64,000 nt of DNA from NCBI GenBank assembly GCA_050251815.1, contig JBFWMB010000006.1, positions 16,092-80,091 of the forward strand, in the 5' to 3' direction. The notes under the pieces were generated by a model. The model did not search any database and was not told the origin of the DNA. It saw only the letters and a list, made by a program, of their open reading frames with translations. Numbering within the stretch: position 1 is the stretch's first letter; every line of letters begins with the position of its first letter. Both the position numbers and the translations under genes were made by a program. Shown one piece after another: positions 1 through 8,287 of this stretch. Origin of the DNA: Salinivirgaceae bacterium. GTDB taxonomy: Bacteria; Bacteroidota; Bacteroidia; Bacteroidales; SZUA-534.

Positions 1-131
1 TTTGCCACTATAACTTATTTTGGTGCGAAAATGTTGTGGCGAATTACAATTAATTACCAGCTAATCATCTTGGTTTCCCAACAGCGTCTTATTGGGCACA
101 GTCTCATTGTACCGACACTACTTTTGTTCTC

Positions 132-395
132 AAAATTAAAACAGATACTTGAGTAAATCAATTTAGGTAAGTACCCAAATTAAAACAGGTACGTACCTAA
201 ATCAAATCAGGTACTTGAGTAAATTGAATCAGGTACGTACCGGAATGAAAAAAGATCCCGATGTAAATTGAATTAGGTACGTACCTAAATTAAAATGGGT
301 ACGTACCTGAATCAAAACAGGTACGTACCTGAATTAAAAAAGGTCCCGATGTAAATGAAAATGGGTAAGTACCTAAATAAAAACAACTGCTTAAG
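132..395. repeat. Tandem array 1: 12 units of exactly 22 bp (A-rich 12-nt spacer plus 10-nt core, GGTACGTACC palindrome or variants)
   Basis: Cores start at 144, 166, 188, 210, 232, 254, 276, 298, 320, 342, 364 and 386, a constant 22-bp step with no indels. Perfect GGTACGTACC at 188, 232, 276, 298, 320. GGTAAGTACC at 166, 364. GRTCCCGATG at 254, 342. GRTACTTGAG at 144, 210. Confidence 0.9.
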
Positions 396-409
396 TAATT
401 TAAAATTGC

Positions 410-417
410 TATTTTTG
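410..417 (+). promoter_or_regulatory. Candidate Bacteroidota -7 box (TATTTTTG, matches TAnnTTTG) for the regulator gene
   Basis: The motif sits 44 nt upstream of the ATG at 461 and directly abuts the last unit of the 22-bp array. No clean -33 TTTG was found. Confidence 0.3.
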
Positions 418-460
418 ATCTAAATATGCTTTAAGCCTTTTGTCCTATTGTTTTTTTGAT

Positions 461-3442
461 ATGTACAGATATATAATACTTATCGGGTTAATTGTATTTG
501 GCGACTCAGCGCTCTGTCAAACCTATATGGACATAAATAGCAGCTATTCATTCACAACCATCAACAAAAATGATGGATTAGCTGATAACAACGTAAGTTG
601 TGTGTACAAAGACTCCGACGGATTTATTTGGTTCGGAACCCGAAATGGATTATGCCGCTTTGATGGTTTTGAATTTAGAGTGTATAGAAAAGGAGACCAT
701 TCGGGTTCGATTTCAGGAAACCGTATTTTGGATATCTGTGAAGATAAACAGGGGAATTTATGGGTGGGTACATATAACGATGGGCTTAACAAGTTTGACA
801 AAAAACAGGAATCGTTTACCCATTATAACGAAAAACACGGCATTGGCAATCGTATAAATCGAATAAAAACACTCACCGACGGAAAAGTCTGGGTTTGTTC
901 AAATCTTGGATTGGCGTATTATCAACCCAATACAAATCAGTTTTTCACCTTTCAAACCAGCAATGAGGCTGGTGCAACCTTACTCTCAAACCACATCTAC
1001 GATATTACCGAAACGGCTGATGGTTCAATTTATATTGCTCCTGAAGTTAATGAAATACAACGACTGAATATTTCCACAAATACCTTTGAAACAATACCTT
1101 ATACCAGACATCCCGAACTACAAAACAATTATAACAAACATATTATTGAAGGGAGTGACGGGCTATTGTGGATTTCAGCCAGTTATCATGGATTGTGTTC
1201 CTATAACCCTGAAACAGGGCACTCAGAACTGTACACAAAAGAAACAAAAAATCTATCAACCAACGTTTTAATGGGTCCTATGGCTATCGATAATTCAGGA
1301 AATATATGGATATGCACGGAGGGTGATGGAATTAATATATTTAACCCCACCACAAAAACCTATCAGCAATTAAAACACAACAAGAATAATCCAGAAGCAT
1401 TAAATTCTGATCATACGTACACCATATATTTTGATGACAATAGCATTGCCTGGATAGGAACCTACGATAAAGGTGTAAACAAAAGCGACCCCTACCAGCA
1501 AAAATTTCATGGTTCGCTTTTCCAATCCAACGATTTGAACGTCTTAAGTGGGTTTTCGGTGCTGGACATTTATGAAGATTCAAAAAAACGCGTTTGGTTT
1601 GGTACCGATGGCAATGGTTTGTATTGTTTTGAAAAAGGAACTCAGCCCAAAAGGGTTATGTACCAAAGCGAACTTGCCCAAAAAGGATTGACCTCAAACA
1701 TAATTACAGCCATTAGCGAAGACCCGTTTGGCAACCTGCTTATTGGCACCTATGCCGGGGGGTTGCATGTATTTAATCCTGAAACAGAAGTTTCACAAAG
1801 CTATTTGAGCGAAAACATCAAAACATCCGGGTTATCGTCGTCGAACATTTGGGAAATTTTAACCGATAGCAAAAAAAGAATCTGGCTGGGATTATTGGGA
1901 ACCGGGGTCGATGAATTTATCTGCGATAGTGGTAAGTTCATTAATCATGGTCCTTCATCGTCCGATAACAACAAAATCGAATTTCCAAATATCATGGTAA
2001 TTCTTGAAGATTACGATGGGGATCTTTGGTTTGGTTCTGAGGGAAAAGGCCTTTTTATTCTTGATAATCAAACCAGAAAAATCCAGCGAATCCCTTACGA
2101 TTCAGTACACAATATAACAACCGAAGGAATAATTAAATGCCTGTTACAGGATCAATGGGGTCATTTATGGATTGGTACCGAAGATGCCGGATTGTTTACC
2201 TTCGACAAAAGGACCAAACAAATTTCCCGCGTGGGAGAAAATGAAGGCCTATTAACGGTGTCGATACAGAATTTGCAGGAAGATAATTTGGGAAATCTTT
2301 GGATTGGCACATCGAACGGACTTTACCGGTATAACCCAAAAACCGAAGCTTTTAATCACTTTGTTACTGATGATGGCCTAACAAGCAATGAGTTTAATCA
2401 GGACGCCATGATAAAACTGAGCGACGGACGCTTAATTGTTGGCACCAGAAATGGAGCCGATATTATTACTCCCGAAAAAATATATTTAAACCAAATTCTT
2501 CCGAAAATTGTATTTACCCGCTTAACCATCCTCAATACCGAAATCCATCCAAAAACAAAGATTAATAAAAGGGTAATTACAAACACCAGTATTACCCATC
2601 TAAAGGAATTGGAATTAAACTGGAAAGATAAAATATTCACCATTGAATTTGCCGCCCTGAATTTTACCCTGCCGCATAAATGCGAATACAAATACCGTTT
2701 AGACGGTTTTGACGAAGATTGGGTACATACCAATGCAAATAGAAGAATAGCAAGCTATTCAAATTTAAAACCTGGAAAATACCATTTTAGGGTAATGGCC
2801 TCCAATAACGATGGAAAATGGGGTAATAACGAATCGTCATTAATTATTACAGTTAAACCCCCTTTTTGGAATACCTTGGTTTTTAAATTATTTGTTGGTT
2901 TAATCTTGCTAGCACTAAGCTATGTTGTATACAAATATCGCATAAATGTTCATAAAGAACGGTTTCTGCAAAAGCAGATTGAACAGGAAAACAAAATTAT
3001 TGCCTTAGAAAAGGAAAAACTAGAATCAGAGCTTAAAAAACTTGCATTTAGTGTAATTAACAAGAACAAACTATTAATTGAACAAAAAAACAAACTGCTT
3101 ACCTTGTCGAATAAGGCTCGGGTAAGTGTTAAAGAGGGTCTTCATAAAATTGTAGAAAGCATTGATGAAGACTTAAATGAAGAAAAAGACTGGGAAACAA
3201 TTGAACCCCAAATTGATAAAGCTTATAATCAATTTGTCACAAAATTAAAGGAACGTCATCCCGATTTAACCGCATCAGAACTTCGTATTGCTGCCTACAT
3301 ACGAATGAATCTTTCCACCAAAGAAATTTGCGAGTTCATGAACAAAACCCAACGGGCGGTTGAAAACGATAGGTACCGATTAAGAAAAAAAATTGGGCTT
3401 GAATCGAACGATTCAATTCAAAACTACCTGCTAAAACTTTAA
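461..3442 (+). CDS. Membrane-anchored sensor/regulator: periplasmic beta-propeller repeats, Y_Y_Y domain, TM helix, coiled coil and LuxR/GerE-type HTH
   Basis: The ORF runs 440..3442; ATG at 461 is preferred over the TTG at 440. It has many W(I/V/F)GT propeller-blade motifs (FIWFGTRNGL, LWVGTYNDGL, LWIGTEDAGL, LWIGTSNGL) and a YKYRLDGFDEDW triple-tyrosine-type region. One TM helix (LVFKLFVGLILLALSYVVYKY) is followed by a C-terminal HTH (LTASELRIAAYIRMNLSTKEICEFMNKTQRAVENDRYRLRKKIG). No HisKA, HATPase or REC motifs were seen. Confidence 0.85.
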   Translation: MYRYIILIGLIVFGDSALCQTYMDINSSYSFTTINKNDGLADNNVSCVYKDSDGFIWFGTRNGLCRFDGFEFRVYRKGDHSGSISGNRILDICEDKQGNLWVGTYNDGLNKFDKKQESFTHYNEKHGIGNRINRIKTLTDGKVWVCSNLGLAYYQPNTNQFFTFQTSNEAGATLLSNHIYDITETADGSIYIAPEVNEIQRLNISTNTFETIPYTRHPELQNNYNKHIIEGSDGLLWISASYHGLCSYNPETGHSELYTKETKNLSTNVLMGPMAIDNSGNIWICTEGDGINIFNPTTKTYQQLKHNKNNPEALNSDHTYTIYFDDNSIAWIGTYDKGVNKSDPYQQKFHGSLFQSNDLNVLSGFSVLDIYEDSKKRVWFGTDGNGLYCFEKGTQPKRVMYQSELAQKGLTSNIITAISEDPFGNLLIGTYAGGLHVFNPETEVSQSYLSENIKTSGLSSSNIWEILTDSKKRIWLGLLGTGVDEFICDSGKFINHGPSSSDNNKIEFPNIMVILEDYDGDLWFGSEGKGLFILDNQTRKIQRIPYDSVHNITTEGIIKCLLQDQWGHLWIGTEDAGLFTFDKRTKQISRVGENEGLLTVSIQNLQEDNLGNLWIGTSNGLYRYNPKTEAFNHFVTDDGLTSNEFNQDAMIKLSDGRLIVGTRNGADIITPEKIYLNQILPKIVFTRLTILNTEIHPKTKINKRVITNTSITHLKELELNWKDKIFTIEFAALNFTLPHKCEYKYRLDGFDEDWVHTNANRRIASYSNLKPGKYHFRVMASNNDGKWGNNESSLIITVKPPFWNTLVFKLFVGLILLALSYVVYKYRINVHKERFLQKQIEQENKIIALEKEKLESELKKLAFSVINKNKLLIEQKNKLLTLSNKARVSVKEGLHKIVESIDEDLNEEKDWETIEPQIDKAYNQFVTKLKERHPDLTASELRIAAYIRMNLSTKEICEFMNKTQRAVENDRYRLRKKIGLESNDSIQNYLLKL

Positions 3443-3665
3443 ATGCCGGTTTATGTATTGTTCCTGGCATTAATAGCCATCAAATATTTTTATTATTCGC
3501 TGTTTTAATGCCTGTTATAATCCGTTGAGAGTTTTTAAGTACCCCCACTTTTTCGTAAGCGAAGTTTTAAGTATTACTAAATTGAGTAAGCCGTATTCAA
3601 TTGTTTAATTTAGATTTTCAAGGCAAAAAAAGAAATTGCGAAACAAACACATAAAACTTATTAAA

Positions 3666-5147
3666 ATGAAAAAGAAAAAAATTAACATTCTGGGATATTC
3701 TCTTTTGGCAGCTGTTTTTGCTCCAGGATGCAGCAATCAGGGTAATCAACAGCTTATAAACGAAACCGAAAATCAACGCAAACATGAGTTTTCAATCGTT
3801 ACTGCAGAACAATACCTCACAGCAAAAGACGGTAATGAACGATTGACTAAAATGGAACGACTAACCTTCGAAGCATTTGATCAACCCGACGAACATTTTG
3901 CAACCCTAATGGTCGACCCAAAAAAAACATTTCAAACCATTGAAGGTTTTGGTGGTGCACTTACCGATGCAACAGCTGAGACCCTAAATAAACTGTCGCC
4001 CGAAAATCAGGAAAAAATCTATACTGCTTATTTCGATAAAAATGAAGGCATCGGTTACAACTTATTCCGGACTCATATTAACAGTTGTGATTTCTCGAGC
4101 CAATCGTATGCCTACGCTGAAGTTGAAGGCGATGTGGAATTAAAACATTTCACCATTGAAAAAGACCTGCAATACCGAATTCCCTTAATTAAAGAAGCCC
4201 TTAAACGAACTGGCAGCGATTTTAAGCTTTTGGCCTCACCATGGAGTCCTCCGGCCTGGATGAAAACCAACCAGAACATGCTGCAGGGAGGTGAATTAAA
4301 ACCAGAATACTATCAAACCTGGGCTGATTATTTTGTTCGGTTTATCGAAGCCTATAGGGCTGAAGGAATCCCGGTATGGGCAGTAACAGTTCAAAACGAA
4401 CCCATGGCGGTTCAAACCTGGGAGTCGTGTATTTTTACCGCAGCTCAAGAACGCGATTTTGTAAAAAACAACTTAGGTCCTTCGTTCGTGAAAAACAAGT
4501 TGTCGGATGTTAAAATAATTGTTTGGGATCACAATCGGGGCATTATGTATCAGCGCGCATCAACGGTTTATGACGATCCGGAAGCAAAAAAATATGTTTG
4601 GGGAACCGGATTTCACTGGTATACCGGCGACCATTTTGAGAATGTAAAACAAGTAGCTGAAGCTTTTCCCGATAAGAAATTACTATTTACCGAAGGCTGT
4701 GTTTTTCCGTTTGATTACCAGAAACTTGATCAGTGGAGTTGGGGAGAACGTTATGGAGAGTCGATTATAAATGACCTAAACAACTCAGCAGTAGGTTGGA
4801 TTGACTGGAACATGGTGTTGGATGAAACAGGCGGGCCAAACCATGTGGCCAATTACTGCTATGCTCCGGTTATCGGAAATACAAAAACCGATGAAGTAAT
4901 TTTCATGAATTCATTTTATTATCTGGGGCACTTCTCCAAATTTATCCGCCCTGGAGCAAAACGTATTATCTGTTCAAGTAACTACGACGATTTAATGGCA
5001 ACAGCTGCAATAAATACCGATGGAAGCATTGTTGTAGTTGCTATGAATAAAACCGGGAACGAAATACCTTTCAAATTATGGATACAGGGAAAAGCGGTTC
5101 AATCACACTTACCGGCCCATGCCATGAAAACTATAATTGTCAAATAA
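3666..5147 (+). CDS. Glycoside hydrolase family 30 (glucosylceramidase-like) lipoprotein
   Basis: ORF 3636..5147; ATG at 3666 gives MKKKKINILGYSLLAAVFAPGC with a lipobox. GH30 motifs present: EGFGGALTDA, ASPWSPPAWMKTN, VTVQNEP (acid/base Glu), LLFTEGC (nucleophile Glu). Confidence 0.85.
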   Translation: MKKKKINILGYSLLAAVFAPGCSNQGNQQLINETENQRKHEFSIVTAEQYLTAKDGNERLTKMERLTFEAFDQPDEHFATLMVDPKKTFQTIEGFGGALTDATAETLNKLSPENQEKIYTAYFDKNEGIGYNLFRTHINSCDFSSQSYAYAEVEGDVELKHFTIEKDLQYRIPLIKEALKRTGSDFKLLASPWSPPAWMKTNQNMLQGGELKPEYYQTWADYFVRFIEAYRAEGIPVWAVTVQNEPMAVQTWESCIFTAAQERDFVKNNLGPSFVKNKLSDVKIIVWDHNRGIMYQRASTVYDDPEAKKYVWGTGFHWYTGDHFENVKQVAEAFPDKKLLFTEGCVFPFDYQKLDQWSWGERYGESIINDLNNSAVGWIDWNMVLDETGGPNHVANYCYAPVIGNTKTDEVIFMNSFYYLGHFSKFIRPGAKRIICSSNYDDLMATAAINTDGSIVVVAMNKTGNEIPFKLWIQGKAVQSHLPAHAMKTIIVK

Positions 5148-5267
5148 TACCAAATATTGATGTACGAAAGGTTTACAAAGGTATTTATTTTAATTCCTGT
5201 GGAGTTGTATACTGCCTAAAGGAAGCAAAACCATACTATCTCATTTTATACATCTCATAATTATAAT

Positions 5268-5303
5268 AAAAGCCGTAAAGGAAAAATTCCGATACGGCTT
5301 TTT
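5268..5303. terminator. Bidirectional hairpin terminator between the convergent GH30 genes
   Basis: AAAAGCCGTA...TACGGCTTTT forms an 8-10 bp stem flanked by an A-run and a T-run. Confidence 0.55.
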
Positions 5304-5342
5304 AATTAACCTAACTTTAATTATGAAAATTCTTTATTCCTT

Positions 5343-6794
5343 TTACTCCCAAACATAAGTGGCTACCGATTCCTTTTCAAGCGATACAAGCACTCCCTTA
5401 TTTCTGTGATTAATGGTAAATGTTTGTGGCATATTGCCCTTATTTAATACAATAAGTACAATTTTCCCGTCTGGTGTTTTATAGGCAACATTTGGCAGGT
5501 TATCGGGCATATTTGTCGAAATACGCACAGAACCGGGTACCACAAATTTTGATGCATGGGCCATTATGTAATAGGCAACATTACGGCTTACCCGGTTGCC
5601 AACAGTAATAGCCCCCAAACAATTGGTGCAACCTCCGTTTGTATGAGGTAAATAACTTGGATCAGAAGCCAGGTTCCATTCCAATACAACCTTACACCAA
5701 TTTCGTGCAGCCCCAACAACCAGGTTTTCAATATGCCATTTTAAATCCCCTCCAAAATTACTTGGTCCCCCAACCCATTGCTCAGTAAAATAAATATTTT
5801 TGTCGGGATGCGCTGCATGAACCTTTGACAGAGCATCAATACTTCCTCCATACAAGTGAAATGCAGAACCGTCGATGTATTGCCTTGCTTCCTGATCGTT
5901 TAAAATAGAAATTGGATAATCGGTTCTATCCGCATTATGATCGTAAACCACGATTTTAGTTGCCAGGTTGTTTTCAGTAAAAGCGGGTCCCAGATGATTC
6001 TTTACAAAATCCAATTGCTGAACGGCACTCATTAACATGCTCGGATTATTTCCTCCATATAAGGGCTCATTTTGAACCGTAATAGCGTCCAAAGTGATGT
6101 CGTGCGCCTGCATAGCCTGAATATATTTTACAAAATATTGGGCATATACTGCATAATACTCTGGCAACAACTCACCCCCAACAAAGCTTTTGTTTGTTTT
6201 CATCCAGGTTGGAGCGGTCCAGGGCGAGCCCATTAGTTTTATGTTGGGATTAATTGCAAGTATTTGTTTCAGTAGGGGAATTAAATCAAGTTCATCTTTT
6301 TCCAGGCTGAACGAATTTAATTCAGGATCGGTTTCTCCTAAAGGTAATTCACAATAAGTAAATTCTTCGCTGCTTAAATCGGAAGCACCAATACTGAGTC
6401 GCAAATAACTTATTCCCACCGCATTTTGCTCCGTACCAAAAAGCTCCTGCAAGAGGGCTTGTTTTACGGGTTCATCGAGTGTATTAATCAATTCAGCACT
6501 ACCTCCGGTTAAAGTAAACCCAAAACCATCCATAGTTTGGTATTCTAAAGCATCATTAACCTCCACACTTACAGCGGCTTCAGTTAAGGTTGAAAAGTTT
6601 AATACAGTGTGCTGTTTTTGAAACAATACTTTTTGATCTCCCTGGGTCAACCAAAAACTTATATCCGATTCGGTTTGGGGCAGCGAATCCTGAACATCAA
6701 CAGGTACATTCGTATCAGAACATCCTGGTGTTCCAGAAAATAATACTGCCATAATAATAGTAAGTAGCATGTAAAACGATATTTTTTTTTGCAT
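5343..6794 (-). CDS. Glycoside hydrolase family 30 lipoprotein (beta-1,6-glucanase-like subgroup suspected)
   Basis: The 483-aa ORF has signal plus lipobox (LFSGTPGCSD). GH30 motifs: MDGFGFTLTGGSA, MGSPWTAPTWMKTN, ITVQNEP, IYFTEQW. Confidence 0.8.
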   Translation of the reverse strand: MQKKISFYMLLTIIMAVLFSGTPGCSDTNVPVDVQDSLPQTESDISFWLTQGDQKVLFQKQHTVLNFSTLTEAAVSVEVNDALEYQTMDGFGFTLTGGSAELINTLDEPVKQALLQELFGTEQNAVGISYLRLSIGASDLSSEEFTYCELPLGETDPELNSFSLEKDELDLIPLLKQILAINPNIKLMGSPWTAPTWMKTNKSFVGGELLPEYYAVYAQYFVKYIQAMQAHDITLDAITVQNEPLYGGNNPSMLMSAVQQLDFVKNHLGPAFTENNLATKIVVYDHNADRTDYPISILNDQEARQYIDGSAFHLYGGSIDALSKVHAAHPDKNIYFTEQWVGGPSNFGGDLKWHIENLVVGAARNWCKVVLEWNLASDPSYLPHTNGGCTNCLGAITVGNRVSRNVAYYIMAHASKFVVPGSVRISTNMPDNLPNVAYKTPDGKIVLIVLNKGNMPQTFTINHRNKGVLVSLEKESVATYVWE

Positions 6795-6805
6795 CAGTAA
6801 GTTAT

Positions 6806-8281
6806 TTAATATCCTGAATTTTGTATAAGCTTGGCATTTTTATCCAATTCGGCTTGTGGAATAGGCCAAAGTAAACGATTTTCATTTAATTGATAACCCA
6901 ATAAAATTCCATCCTGATCTGTAACCCCATTTATTACTTCAATAGCTCTGCCCGTGCGTTTCAGGTCGAACCACCGATGACCTTCAAAAGCCAATTCCAA
7001 CCGTCGTTCCTTTTCAATGGCAAGCCGCATATCGTCCTGGGTTTCTGCCGGAGTATCTGGCAGGTCAACTCTTTTTCTGATTTGATTTACCAATGCTGCT
7101 GCACCACTAACATTACCTTGCTCGTTAAGCGCTTCAGCCTTTAAAAGGATTATGTCGGCCAGCCGAAGAAAAATATAATTTTGTGGACTGGGACTGCTAT
7201 AAATTCGGTATTTATAAATAAATGGATAAGTTGTTTGGGGCCAATGAGAATCACTCCACTTGCCTGAAACATCCATAAAAATAATAGAAGCAGCTTTTCG
7301 GATAACATCATTTTCCTGATCATAAGCCCGTACCAAATCATTTGAAGGAATATTAAACTTTTTCCAATCGAACCCGATAAACATACTTGCTCCCCAGTTA
7401 CCACTCGACGAAGTGCCCTCATAATTTATTTCAAAAATAGCTTCTGAAGAGTTTTCATTCTCGTTATTCCATAAATCTTCGAAATTTGGTACTAAGCTAT
7501 AGCCTCCGTTAATCACGGCATCGCAATAATATTCTACTTTAACCCAATCTTTAGGCTCCATGGTAGCATAAACTTTTGCCAGCAGGGCATTTACAAAACC
7601 TGTGGTAACATAGCCCTTATTTATTGCATTGGTGCGCACCAAAGGCAAGGCGAATTCCAAATCAGCAATTATTTGGGCATAAACTTCCTCTTTTGCTTTT
7701 CGAGGAGGAAACAACAACGGATAGATTTCGGGCAATAACTCAGCACTAATGGTTGTAACCTCTTTCAGTTGAAGGGGTACGTCGCCCCATAATTGTACCA
7801 ATTGAAAATAAATATACGCCCGGATAGCTGAAGCCTCTGCCTTAATCTGCTTTTTATCAAATTCTGTTAAGGTGGCATCGGGTACTGCCTCGGCATTATT
7901 AATTACCAGGTTTGCTTTTCCGATGGTACTATACAAATAAGCCCAATCGCGGCTTACATTGCTATTGGTAGCATCAATGTTATAAGCATCAATCTGAAAG
8001 TTTGCCGGATTATCGGCGCCGGCATAGGCATCATCCGATTGAGCATCCCCATTTACAAAATAGTCAAGCTCAAAGTATTCGTTTCTAAAATCAGCATAAA
8101 CGCCAGCTAATGCAGCTTCCAACTCGCTGGCCGAATGGTACACCAAGGTATCGGTTTGTTCTACTTCCTCGGCTACACTTTGTGAGGATGGTCTTAATTC
8201 AAGAAAATCTTCGCATGATAGGAGCATCAATCCAAACACCGGAACAAATAGCCCGCCATATATTATCTTTCTCATATTCAT
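6806..8281 (-). CDS. susD: SusD/RagB family nutrient-binding outer-membrane lipoprotein
   Basis: The 491-aa ORF has lipobox LLSCEDFLE. It lies immediately downstream of the SusC-like gene, with a typical SusD C-terminus (RWFDLKRTGRA, ...QNSGY). Confidence 0.9.
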   Translation of the reverse strand: MNMRKIIYGGLFVPVFGLMLLSCEDFLELRPSSQSVAEEVEQTDTLVYHSASELEAALAGVYADFRNEYFELDYFVNGDAQSDDAYAGADNPANFQIDAYNIDATNSNVSRDWAYLYSTIGKANLVINNAEAVPDATLTEFDKKQIKAEASAIRAYIYFQLVQLWGDVPLQLKEVTTISAELLPEIYPLLFPPRKAKEEVYAQIIADLEFALPLVRTNAINKGYVTTGFVNALLAKVYATMEPKDWVKVEYYCDAVINGGYSLVPNFEDLWNNENENSSEAIFEINYEGTSSSGNWGASMFIGFDWKKFNIPSNDLVRAYDQENDVIRKAASIIFMDVSGKWSDSHWPQTTYPFIYKYRIYSSPSPQNYIFLRLADIILLKAEALNEQGNVSGAAALVNQIRKRVDLPDTPAETQDDMRLAIEKERRLELAFEGHRWFDLKRTGRAIEVINGVTDQDGILLGYQLNENRLLWPIPQAELDKNAKLIQNSGY

Positions 8282-8287
8282 AGCATA

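Noticed and set aside
132-395. Possibility that the 22-bp arrays, or the 41-bp array at 59779-60065, are CRISPR arrays
   Set aside because: There are no unique spacers between repeats. The whole period is repeat-derived at 22 or 41 bp. No leader or cas genes are present in the window.
3536-3592. TAAGTACC / TAAGTA-like half-sites upstream of the first GH30 gene that resemble cores of the 22-bp array
   Set aside because: The spacings are irregular (20, 12 and 19 bp). The motifs are short and AT-rich and no full palindrome is present. The evidence is insufficient to call an operator.
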